The notes beneath the pieces are model-generated. The model saw nothing but the letters and a program-made list of their open reading frames with translations. It ran no database searches and was not told where the DNA came from. A stretch of 64,000 nucleotides of DNA from Escherichia coli (GTDB lineage Bacteria; Pseudomonadota; Gammaproteobacteria; Enterobacterales; Enterobacteriaceae): NCBI RefSeq assembly GCF_041886205.1, contig NZ_CP169031.1, one strand, 5' to 3'. The position numbers and the translations under genes are program-made. Below are positions 39,025-51,300 of the stretch, piece after piece. The stretch's first letter is position 1; the number at the start of each line of letters is the position of its first letter.

Positions 39025-42012
39025 ATGAGCTTAAGCGATCAGGTGGTAATGGCCACCAGCATAGAAACGCTGATCGAGCTGCTAAAGAACCTGCCCGGTT
39101 ATGGGCGGGTTTCGTATGTGGTGACAGCGAAGGGAGACGAGGTAAAAACAGCGTTTGATATCGTCGATGCCTCAGCTCTTTTGGTATCCAATACTCTGGA
39201 TGGGAAAATTAATCCTGACTATCCCCAGGAACTTCAGCCGCGCGACCGGACCCGCGCATCCAGCCTTCTTCAGGTTAACCAGATATCCAAAGATTTGCGG
39301 CCTGCTCAGCTTACTGATTCCGGTTTATCCAGCCATGGTGCGCCGATAATTGGTGAGGACAATGCCGTTGAGTCAGGTAATGGACGGACCATGGGGATCA
39401 TCAAAGCCTATCAGGACGGCAATGCGGATCGGTATCGTGAGTACCTGATTGATCATGCGACCGAATTCGGCATACGACCTGAAAAGGTTGAATCAATGAC
39501 GGCTCCGGTACTGGTGCGCCGCCGGTTAACCAAGGTTGACCGCGTTCAGTTTGCCAAGGACTCAAATATTTCTGATCTTCAGGAAATGGCAGCCAGTGAA
39601 AAGGCTTTTGTTGATGCCGACAGCATAACACCGGCGATGATGGCGCTTTTTAACCCGTCAGAAAGCGGAGATCTGCTTAGCCGCAGTAATGACGCGTTTA
39701 TTCGCGGATTTATGACGCAAGTTGGTGCCACACAGGCGGCTGGCCTTGTAACTGAAGATGGGCGACCAACACGGCAACTTGTAGACCGTATACAAAACGC
39801 GATCTTTGCCAAGGCATATAAGGATGCGCGCCTGGTAAGGATGGTTGCAGAAGAACCTGATCCGGACATGCGTAATGTTCTGACGGCGCTTAATGCGGCA
39901 GCCAATGATTTTGTCCAGATGCAGGCTTTATCAGGAGAAGCGCACAAGCAGGCTGTGACAACTATTGTTGATGGCATTGAGACAGCGGATAGCCTCGATA
40001 AAAAGGCGCTGGCGGCATTGAAAGATGCGGTAGACCTGGTAAGGCAATCGAAGGAGTCAGGCCAGCATATTACCGATGTTATTGCTCAGGGGGATATGTT
40101 CAGCGAAACGGCCCCGGAAGTGAAAGCACTCGCGTTGTTCATCGTCGCGAATAACCGTAGCGCGAAGCGTATGGCCTCCGCCTTTAAGTTGATGGCTCAA
40201 CGTATCAATGATGAGTTACAGCACCAGGGCCAGGCGCTGGGGGATATGTTTGGCGGTGGTGATGTGTCGTTACAGGATATCCTTCGCCAGGTGTCTCAGG
40301 AACTGGAAAACGAAGGCATGCAAGGGATATCCGGCGGTCTTTTCGAGTCCGTTTCCGGCGGTAGTTACAATGGTGTTGCTCCATATACCAGTTTGCTATT
40401 ACATCGGGCATCCGGCATCAAAGACATTATTCATCTGATCAGGCTGCTTTCCCGTACAGATCCCCAGGATGAACAGCTTGTACAAGTGCTTGCGCATTTT
40501 GTTCGAATGCCTGTTGCCGACGTGAAAAAATGGTGCCGATTATTCGGTATCAGCAATTCGTTACTTCGCGGCTTGTTAAATCACGCATCCTCCCTTGGGC
40601 GCGATGGCTTTGACGAGATAGCGCAGGCGATAAAAAACGGAGATATGCCACCAGCTATTGACTGGTTTTCCATTCGCCCAACCAGGGTGAAAGCATTCCT
40701 TAGCGCGGCGCATTCGGCATCACCATTGGCAGAAATGGTTCAGAGGTTGTCGCTCATATTCACAGACCATACCGCGTTGGGTGATTTGACTCTGGACGAG
40801 ATGAAAGAAGCCTCCATTCAGTGGGCCGATCAACAAAATGAGGTTAACTCTGACTTCTTGCCAGCATTCAGGAAGGCCGTTAGTAAAGCTGATGATGCCC
40901 GTGGAATTCTGAGGGCATTTAAGGCATTGCAAAGTCAGGTTAATAAACATGTCGGTGATATCGATGGGGTAACGGCGGAAGGCAGGGATATCCTTAAAGA
41001 GCACGGCATAACGCCAGAGTTTATTGATGAGATCAGGACTGATATGCAGCGTGAGGTCGTATCGTCCCTGCAAATCGTAGCCAGAGCGTTGGCGGATGCT
41101 AATCCGAAGAGTGCGGCCATTGTTAACCGTGTTATTGGTGATATTGAAGCATCGGAGGGCATGGGGGCGCTGAAACTCTTCCTTTCGCGAGCGTTTAATC
41201 CTAACGGCAATATTCTCCCCGGCATTATTGGTGAGGCTAAAAAGTATGTCAGCGAAGAAGAACTTGAGCATCTTGACCAACTACTTAAGCGATTCTCATA
41301 TAACCCGCAGACACGCTGGCAAATGAATCAGCAAAGTATGGGTTCGGTCCACGAGAAAGTGTTATCTGCCATGAACAGTGCGATCGCCAACTCATCCGTA
41401 TCTGAAGAAAAAGCTCTTGAGTGGGCCGACTCTTTTATCACGGAAGAAGTGGAAGAAGCCCGCGCTGGACAGAATGGTGGGATAGACCTGCGCAAGGAAC
41501 TTGCTGATATTTATCGCCTGACCGGCGGTAAAATTTCGACCTTATCAAAGGTGGTTCACCACCAGGGAAGGGCATATGCAAATATTAATGGTGTTGTTGC
41601 TGTCAATTTGAACGATGAAAATGCAAGTGCACTGTGGCACGAGCTGGGTCATCATCTTGAGTACAGTAACCCTGGTTTGTTAGAGAAAGCCCGGTCATTC
41701 CTGAAGGCCAATGTTGAAGGGGATAAGCCATCTTTCGTTAATATCGGTGGGCGTGGCAAGCCTGAATGGTGCTTCAGATCTCGATTGAGTAATATTTATA
41801 TGGCGAAGGTATACCCGCCAGCCTCAGTAAGTAACACCGGGAAAATTCGGCAGAAATCACCGACTATTTCCAAAACGTCAGCAACGGAAGTATTCTCTAT
41901 GGCTCTTCAGTTGTATCATGACAAAGAGGCCGCTGCCGCATCACTGATGAATGGTGACGGATTGCTGGAACTGTTATTAGGTGTGGCAAAGGAGCTAAAT
42001 AATGCAGATTAA
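39025..42012 (+). CDS. ddrB: DdrB-like large protein of the dar operon
   Basis: 995-aa ORF following ddrA; assigned by position and size. Confidence 0.55.
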   Translation: MSLSDQVVMATSIETLIELLKNLPGYGRVSYVVTAKGDEVKTAFDIVDASALLVSNTLDGKINPDYPQELQPRDRTRASSLLQVNQISKDLRPAQLTDSGLSSHGAPIIGEDNAVESGNGRTMGIIKAYQDGNADRYREYLIDHATEFGIRPEKVESMTAPVLVRRRLTKVDRVQFAKDSNISDLQEMAASEKAFVDADSITPAMMALFNPSESGDLLSRSNDAFIRGFMTQVGATQAAGLVTEDGRPTRQLVDRIQNAIFAKAYKDARLVRMVAEEPDPDMRNVLTALNAAANDFVQMQALSGEAHKQAVTTIVDGIETADSLDKKALAALKDAVDLVRQSKESGQHITDVIAQGDMFSETAPEVKALALFIVANNRSAKRMASAFKLMAQRINDELQHQGQALGDMFGGGDVSLQDILRQVSQELENEGMQGISGGLFESVSGGSYNGVAPYTSLLLHRASGIKDIIHLIRLLSRTDPQDEQLVQVLAHFVRMPVADVKKWCRLFGISNSLLRGLLNHASSLGRDGFDEIAQAIKNGDMPPAIDWFSIRPTRVKAFLSAAHSASPLAEMVQRLSLIFTDHTALGDLTLDEMKEASIQWADQQNEVNSDFLPAFRKAVSKADDARGILRAFKALQSQVNKHVGDIDGVTAEGRDILKEHGITPEFIDEIRTDMQREVVSSLQIVARALADANPKSAAIVNRVIGDIEASEGMGALKLFLSRAFNPNGNILPGIIGEAKKYVSEEELEHLDQLLKRFSYNPQTRWQMNQQSMGSVHEKVLSAMNSAIANSSVSEEKALEWADSFITEEVEEARAGQNGGIDLRKELADIYRLTGGKISTLSKVVHHQGRAYANINGVVAVNLNDENASALWHELGHHLEYSNPGLLEKARSFLKANVEGDKPSFVNIGGRGKPEWCFRSRLSNIYMAKVYPPASVSNTGKIRQKSPTISKTSATEVFSMALQLYHDKEAAAASLMNGDGLLELLLGVAKELNNAD

Positions 42013-42313
42013 AATCGCAGCGCCATTAGGCGGAGATGCCATTATCGAATTTGATGATAATGAAGAAGTTTCCGGGCGTTTAAGCATTATCTCCGGTGAC
42101 ATTACCGAGGACATGATCGCTGAAGCCATAGCTGGGGCAAATCCCAATAGCTATATGGGATTCGTTAACACCCTTGATGCTCCCGCAAGTGATGTTCTCC
42201 GAACGCTGCATCTTTACGCTGGCTGGTTTGTTGATTGGCCAGCAGTAGATGGTGGCGATGAGGACGACGACGACGATGATTTTGGTGATCATGTAGACCA
42301 GATCGTATATTGA
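42002..42313 (+). CDS. Small highly acidic protein, last gene of the dar operon
   Basis: 103 aa; C-terminus DGGDEDDDDDDFGDHVDQIVY; followed by a strong terminator. Confidence 0.45.
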   Translation: MQIKIAAPLGGDAIIEFDDNEEVSGRLSIISGDITEDMIAEAIAGANPNSYMGFVNTLDAPASDVLRTLHLYAGWFVDWPAVDGGDEDDDDDDFGDHVDQIVY

Positions 42314-42316
42314 AGA

Positions 42317-42344
42317 AATCCCGCCAATCGGCGGGATTTTTTTT
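42317..42344. terminator. Bidirectional rho-independent terminator
   Basis: aatcccgcc-aatc-ggcgggatt followed by a T-run; ends the dar operon and the convergent ssb operon. Confidence 0.65.
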
Positions 42345-43125
42345 AATCGCTTTCCACTTCTTCCGTGGTGTTTTCTTGCAGTTCTGTTAATGCAGCACGA
42401 CATAGGTTCCGGGCATTGGCTATAGCCACACTTTTGACTTCATCCGTCATCGTGCAGGTAATGTACTGATCGAGTTCTTCAGCGCGGATGATGCTTTTGC
42501 CAATCAGAAACTGTATTTGCCAGAGCAGATCGGCATCCATAATCAGAATTTCTGCCGGGCCTTCAGGGCCAGCCGGGAAGGAAACATAAGACTGTTTGCC
42601 CAGGCCGACAACTCGACAACTTGCTTCAAGAATTGCGCGCTTGAGGTCTGACTTTATAACGGAAACAGGTTGATTTTCACCAGTGATTACGCCGTTGACA
42701 TGGAAAGGCATGTAGCTTGAAATACGCTCCACTTTCCACACGCCAGCAAGCGATCCTTCATGCAGCACAATGGGGGTAACCGCGAGTTTCATCTCACCAT
42801 ATAACTGCTGGCAGATAGCTGGATTGCTGAATACATCTAAAGGCTCACATTCAAACAGCGGCGCAATCTGCATGAGGTCCATCATGGTCATCCCTGGGGT
42901 ACGAGCAGTAATGAATTTGCGCATACCAGTATCCATTGCGCTCCAGATTGCTACACCATGCTTTTTGCTCACTTCTTCAGTAAAGCCAAGGTGGCACATG
43001 ATGGTTTTTTCGATAGCCAGATCAGAGATAGAAACCTTTTCGCCAGGTACTCCATCATTATTGATGGTCACTTCGACACTCTGGCCATTACGCAGGCGGT
43101 ATTGAATTGCTTTAGTATTTTCCAC
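42343..43125 (-). CDS. Hypothetical protein, third gene of the ssb operon
   Basis: 260-aa ORF, 6 bp downstream of the preceding gene. Confidence 0.45.
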   Translation of the reverse strand: MENTKAIQYRLRNGQSVEVTINNDGVPGEKVSISDLAIEKTIMCHLGFTEEVSKKHGVAIWSAMDTGMRKFITARTPGMTMMDLMQIAPLFECEPLDVFSNPAICQQLYGEMKLAVTPIVLHEGSLAGVWKVERISSYMPFHVNGVITGENQPVSVIKSDLKRAILEASCRVVGLGKQSYVSFPAGPEGPAEILIMDADLLWQIQFLIGKSIIRAEELDQYITCTMTDEVKSVAIANARNLCRAALTELQENTTEEVESD

Positions 43126-43131
43126 GTTAAA

Positions 43132-43809
43132 TCACTCCACTACAAACCAGTCACATGCCAGTAAGTCGCCTACAGAAGGAACCCACGGAACAACTACACC
43201 TTGTGCATTTTTTAAGGCGAAATAAGCACCATACGGAACGAGGTCGCCGGGGAAATATCCCTTAATGGCTTCCATTCGTGCCGGGTACTGTCCTTCAGGA
43301 ACCAGCCAGCAGAATTGGTTTTCGCCGTTCCACCCGCGTCGAGCAACTTTCTTGCCATCCTTCAGCCACATCAGCGCGTCAGAAAAGTCGGCTGCTTCAA
43401 GGTCGATTTCTTCTTGTAGAGTAGCGATACCGCCAGCAGAAATAGTTACGTCCCTGGCTGTAATGAATGTCACCCCATTGTGACCTTCAATGCTGAGCGA
43501 TACCCCATTTTCGAAGAAGTCGTTAGTCCGACTAAAGCCTTCTTCAAATGTTTTTTCTGGTGAATAGGACAGAGATCCGTCCTCATAAGCGACCAGATAT
43601 CCGCCAATTTCTGGTCGGTGTTTTTGCAAAAATATTTTATCAACATGGACTTTTACCCCTTCTGGCTCAACGACTTCGATGTTGCAAAAAAGGACCACAT
43701 CCATTAGGGCGATAATTTCGATATCTTTGATTTTTGAGGCGCGAACTGTTTTATGGCTTTTGTATTTTGGAAGTGCCGTCAAAAGCTCTTTCGTTGTCAT
43801 GTTATTCAT
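43132..43809 (-). CDS. Protein with C-terminal DUF2829/Tad2-like domain
   Basis: Likely start MNNMTTKELL at 43809 (gaggaaag RBS). C-terminal ~80 aa: FSDALMWLKDGKKVARRGWNGENQFCWLVPEG...VVPWVPSVGDLLACDWFVVE, matching the AL..LK.GKKV.R.GWNG...DW..V signature as I recall it. Confidence 0.5.
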   Translation of the reverse strand: MNNMTTKELLTALPKYKSHKTVRASKIKDIEIIALMDVVLFCNIEVVEPEGVKVHVDKIFLQKHRPEIGGYLVAYEDGSLSYSPEKTFEEGFSRTNDFFENGVSLSIEGHNGVTFITARDVTISAGGIATLQEEIDLEAADFSDALMWLKDGKKVARRGWNGENQFCWLVPEGQYPARMEAIKGYFPGDLVPYGAYFALKNAQGVVVPWVPSVGDLLACDWFVVE

Positions 43810-44006
43810 AGTCTTTCCTCTGCTTAAAACCTGATGTATTGCGCCTTCAGGTGGGTCAGGAATGTTTTCCCACCAGCGAACGCAATATCTCGGGGTGTTC
43901 TTTTCGTGAAAAGCGTGTGCCATTGCCAACTTTGGCGTTTGTTTGCGAGTTCGTGCTTTTGTCGGCGTCTGGACCACCGCTTTTCTTTCAGTCGTTTTTT
44001 ACACAT

Positions 44007-44495
44007 TCAAAACGGAATATCGTCGTCAAAGTCCATTGGAGGTTCGTTATTGGCGTTGCTCTGAGGTTTACCGCCACCACTGTATTGCTGGTGGTTTTGA
44101 GGTTGGTTTGATTGCCCCCAGCCATTTGAGGACTGTGAATCGTCACGGCGAGCGCCGATCATTTGCATGGTGCCGCCCTGGCTGACGATAATTTCCGTCG
44201 TGTAACGTTCTACACCGGCGTCATCAGTCCACTTACGGGTTTTAAGTTTCCCTTCGATGTAGACCTGAGAACCTTTTCGTAAATACTCACTCGCAATTTC
44301 AGCAAGTTTTCCGAACAAAACGACTTTATGCCATTCTGTTTGCTCTTTCTGTTGGCCCGTTTGCTTATCGCGCCATGATTCATTCGTTGCGATGCTGAGT
44401 CTTCCGACTGCGCCGCCATTTGGTATATACCTGATCTCCGGGTCTTGCCCCAGGGTACCAATCAGGATGACTTTGTTTACACCGCGTTGTGCCAC
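44007..44495 (-). CDS. ssb: Single-stranded DNA-binding protein
   Basis: 162 aa; OB-fold N-terminus, Gly/Gln-rich linker and acidic tail ending DFDDDIPF. Confidence 0.9.
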   Translation of the reverse strand: MAQRGVNKVILIGTLGQDPEIRYIPNGGAVGRLSIATNESWRDKQTGQQKEQTEWHKVVLFGKLAEIASEYLRKGSQVYIEGKLKTRKWTDDAGVERYTTEIIVSQGGTMQMIGARRDDSQSSNGWGQSNQPQNHQQYSGGGKPQSNANNEPPMDFDDDIPF

Positions 44496-44513
44496 TTTTC
44501 TTACCTAATAAAA

Positions 44514-44530
44514 TAAATTAATTAGAGCAA
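44514..44530. promoter_or_regulatory. C1 operator-like site (aaattaattagagcaat)
   Basis: Operator consensus match immediately upstream of ssb. Confidence 0.55.
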
Positions 44531-44557
44531 TAATGTATATCTTTGAAACGTGGCTAA

Positions 44558-44577
44558 CAAGTGATTTGCATTATCCT
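44558..44577 (+). promoter_or_regulatory. Late-promoter-like element: caagtgatt, 5 nt, tatcct
   Basis: Same architecture as the 3624 element, about 90 bp upstream of lyz. Confidence 0.4.
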
Positions 44578-44664
44578 GTGCCTTCTAAAGGGATCGAGTC
44601 AGTCGGTATTGGCTGTGAATGAGTGTTTGTCCTGGAGCGTAAAAAATTCGCTTATGAGGTCTTT

Positions 44665-45222
44665 ATGAAGGGAAAAACAGCCGCAGGAGGCGGTGCAATT
44701 TGCGCTATCGCGGTGATGATTACCATCGTGATGGGTAATGGCAATGTGCGAACCAACCAGGCGGGGCTTGAGCTGATTGGTAACGCTGAAGGTTGCCGAC
44801 GTGATCCATACATGTGCCCGGCGGGGGTATGGACTGACGGGATCGGTAATACACACGGGGTAACGCCGGGTGTGCGAAAAACCGACCAGCAAATCGCCGC
44901 TGATTGGGAAAAGAATATCCTGATCGCTGAACGCTGTATTAATCAGCACTTCCGGGGCAAAGACATGCCCGATAATGCCTTCAGTGCAATGACAAGCGCG
45001 GCATTCAATATGGGATGCAATAGCTTACGGACCTACTACAGCAAAGCGCGAGGCATGCGAGTAGAAACGTCCATCCACAAGTGGGCGCAGAAAGGGGAAT
45101 GGGTGAATATGTGTAACCATCTCCCTGATTTCGTGAACAGTAACGGCGTGCCCCTGCGAGGTTTAAAGATTCGCCGTGAAAAAGAACGCCAGCTTTGCCT
45201 GACGGGGCTTGTCAATGAATAA
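44665..45222 (+). CDS. lyz: SAR endolysin (T4-lysozyme family)
   Basis: 185 aa from MKGKTAAGGGAICAIAVMITIV (Gly/Ala-rich SAR-like N-terminus) followed by a lysozyme catalytic region; gagg RBS. Confidence 0.8.
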   Translation: MKGKTAAGGGAICAIAVMITIVMGNGNVRTNQAGLELIGNAEGCRRDPYMCPAGVWTDGIGNTHGVTPGVRKTDQQIAADWEKNILIAERCINQHFRGKDMPDNAFSAMTSAAFNMGCNSLRTYYSKARGMRVETSIHKWAQKGEWVNMCNHLPDFVNSNGVPLRGLKIRREKERQLCLTGLVNE

Positions 45223-45469
45223 ACTCCGGCAGCTCCGCCGACTTTCGACAATGAAGTTATCGCTGGCGGCGATAGTTTTTGACTCGATTTTCATGGCGGT
45301 ATATGTGCTCAATGAGACGTGGCCACTGGAACCGCTATTGTATGCCGGGCTTCGGCTGTGCCTGACATTTTTGAGCATGGCTGCGAGATTGATGCAGCAG
45401 AAAGAAACCGCTTCAGATTGTCCACGCCGCGCGGTGCGCAAATATATGGCACGAAGGCGAAGGCGATAA
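45209..45469 (+). CDS. Small membrane protein downstream of lyz (possible lysis accessory)
   Basis: 86-aa ORF with a hydrophobic segment and Arg-rich C-terminus; overlaps the lyz 3' end. Weak support. Confidence 0.3.
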   Translation: MSMNKLRQLRRLSTMKLSLAAIVFDSIFMAVYVLNETWPLEPLLYAGLRLCLTFLSMAARLMQQKETASDCPRRAVRKYMARRRRR

Positions 45470-45482
45470 TAGTTAACGAGAA

Positions 45483-45508
45483 CCCCGGCAGCTGCCGGGG
45501 TTATTTTT
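45483..45508 (+). terminator. Rho-independent terminator
   Basis: ccccggcag-ctgccgggg followed by ttattttt. Confidence 0.6.
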
Positions 45509-45513
45509 GGTGG

Positions 45514-48244
<2,731 letters not shown>

Positions 48245-48277
48245 TTAATTAGAATAATTCGCATCGTGTTTGAACGG

Positions 48278-48297
48278 AATTTAACACTAGTCACTTG
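48278..48297 (-). promoter_or_regulatory. Late-promoter-like element (minus strand): caagtgact, 5 nt, taaatt
   Basis: Reverse complement of aatttaacactagtcacttg; upstream of prt. Confidence 0.4.
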
Positions 48298-48310
48298 TTA
48301 AGGATTACCA

Positions 48311-51300
48311 ATGAACAAGCTATCTATGGGGGTGTTTCGCTGTTCAAGTGTCAGCGAAATATTAAAATACATTAGGGCAATAACATCTCACCGAGCGCCG
48401 ATTAAATACGGCGTGGAAAAGGTGGAAGGCAAAAGCTATGACCGACTGCGCCGGGAGGCGAATCAGAAGGCGATAGATTTGCTTAATTCGCTGGTGGACG
48501 GCGCGACACTGACAGATGAACAGCGCCAGATCCTGGCTGGGTACACCGGTGAAGGCGGCATTGGCGGGTCCGTCTCCGAATATTACACACCAAAGCCGAT
48601 CGCTGAAGGTGTCTGGGAGATCATGAAGCTCTACGGCGCGGACGTAGGTAACACTCTGGAACCATCGGCGGGAACCGGCGTTTTTAATGAGACAAAGCCG
48701 GTTGGTACGGTGATGACCGCGACTGAGATCAGCAGTGTTTCCGGTCGTATAAACCAGTTGTTACACCCGGAAGACAGCGTACAGATTTCCCCGTTCGAAC
48801 AGCTGGCTGTAAGCACGCCTAACGATTCATTCGACCATGTTGTGGGTAACGTTCCGTTCGGCGGTCGTGATAACACACGCAACATCGATAAGCCTTACGC
48901 AGAAGAAACGGACATGGGTTCTTACTTCATGCTCCGCATGCTGGACAAGATAAAGCCTGGCGGATTCATGTGTGTGATTGTGCCGCCGTCCATTGTTTCA
49001 GGTTCAAACATGAAGCGGTTACGCCTGCGCCTATCACGGAAAGCTGAATTTCTTGGCGCTCACCGCTTGCCTACCGGTACTTTTGACGCAAACGGGACCA
49101 GTACAGTCGTTGATGTGGTGCTGATGCGCAAACATCCGGCAGAGATGGCTGAGAAAATCCCCCTGGTGGATGAAGGCACTCTTGAATCGGCAAATGTGCT
49201 TTGGCCAACGTTTATTTCTGGCAAGTGGTTTGAAAAGGATGGCCGCCGGTTTGTTCATGGCACCCAGGAAAAGGGCTTCCAGGGGCGTATTGAGGTTCGT
49301 GCCGACGGTCAGATTGATAACCAGGCTCTTAAAGCGAAGCTGATTCATCGTTTCGAAAGCCGTATCGACTGGTCTTTGCTCGATATGGCTGAACCGTCAC
49401 CGACCGCAGACGTTGTTGGTGAAGGGGAAATGCGCCTGATTAATGGTGTATGGCAAAAATATGCTGGTGGTCGCTGGATTGAAGCTGATGCCGGGAAGGA
49501 ACTTAAGATCGATGCTGCCAGTTATGGCGCGGATAGCTGGGAGGCTCTTCAGCGTAACCTGACTACAACAGAAGGCCGTCTCGGCATGACATTTACCCAG
49601 ATGGCAAATGTCCGCGATAAGTACACCACATCAATCAGCGACGATATGGTGCAGCTGGTGGACTGGATTAACAGCCAGCCTGAAAAATACCGTGAACGCT
49701 TGTATCGCGGGGCGATGATTGGCCGGATGTTAATTGAATATCAGGACATGAAGGCCGCCGGGCATAGTGCTGAACAAATCGAACAGCAGCGCCTTTCTCT
49801 GGTATCCCGTTTGCAGGCAGAGATTGACCGTTTTGGTAACCCCGGTCGCGGTCCGATAGCGAAATTGTCGGGGAGCGGTGCGCGCGCCTGGTTTGCTTTC
49901 CGTGGTGCGATTAAGCTGGATGGCACTATTTCTGACGAGCTGACAGGAAAGCTGGTTACGCATGATTCCAGCGCCAGTTATGACTACACCAGCTATCAGG
50001 ACACCCTGCGTTATCTCTATAGCGATCTCACCCGCGATCCAATCCAGCTCGATGATTTCCGCCTTGCGTTTACCGGCGAACTGCCAGCCAGTGATGAAGA
50101 GTTGCTTAATTTATTGGCCAGCACCCCTGGTATTGCGGTTTCACCGTATGGCGGGATTGTTCCGTTCGCCCGCGCCACCAGCGGCGACATTAACGAGATA
50201 GTGGCTCCAAAACAGGAATTCCTCGCCACACTCCCCGACGGTCCAGTAAAGAACAACGTCCTTAATCAGCTGGCAGCTATCGAAGAGAAGCGCATCAAGA
50301 CGCCAGCAGAGAATATCCGGTTTAAGCTCAATAGCCGTTGGTTCGACCGTTCCGTCATTCTGGAATTTTTGCAGGAAAACGGCTATCCGGATCTGCGCTA
50401 TGTGCAGTCAGTGCAGCTGGAAGGCGACGAAATGGTTTCTGACACCTATCACGGTGGTGATGGTCTGTTCGTCGGGCACCGATACGGTGTCGTCCAGCGC
50501 AAGGATAAAGAAACAGGTGAGATTCGCTACGAGTGGGACCGTAAATCAGGTGAAAACGCGACCGGGTTCCCGGCACAGCTGGAAAAGTATCTCAATGGTG
50601 CGCGTATCGGTGGCAAAGATAGCGCGACGGCGAACGGCTACCGCGAGCAGATGGCACTGCTTGAGGACCAGTTCAATAAGTGGATCAAGACGCACGATCG
50701 CTACGATGAGCTGGTTGCCAAATACAACGATGTGTTCAATAGCAATATCCCGTATGAACACTCTGGCGATCCGCTTGGGTTGAAGGGATTAAGCGGTAAG
50801 CGCCAGCCATTTGATTACCAGAATAGCGAGGTGCGCCGACTGTCCGAAGATGGGCGCGGCATCCTGGGCTTCGGCACCGGGCTGGGTAAAACCACGACCG
50901 CGCTGGCGCTTGAGGCGTTCAACTATGAGAACGGTCGCTCCACCCGTACTGCGTATGTAGTGCCTAAATCAGTGCTGGAAAACTGGTATTACGAAGCAAA
51001 AGAATTCCTGAGTGAAGAGGCATTCAGTAACTACCTGTTCGTCGGTCTTGATGTGCTGATGGATGGCGATCAGATTCGCCAGGTGCAGGTGCTCGATGAG
51101 AACGGTAAACCTGTTCTTGGTACTGATGGCACTCCAGTTATGCGCGATGCTCTTAAGCTGGCAGATGAAGCCACTATCACGGCGCGGATGAACGCGATCC
51201 CGCACTCAAATTACCGTGCAGTCGTGTTTACCAAAGAACAATACGCCCGCATTCCGCTACGTGATGACACCGTAGATGAGCATGCACAGGATATGCTTTA

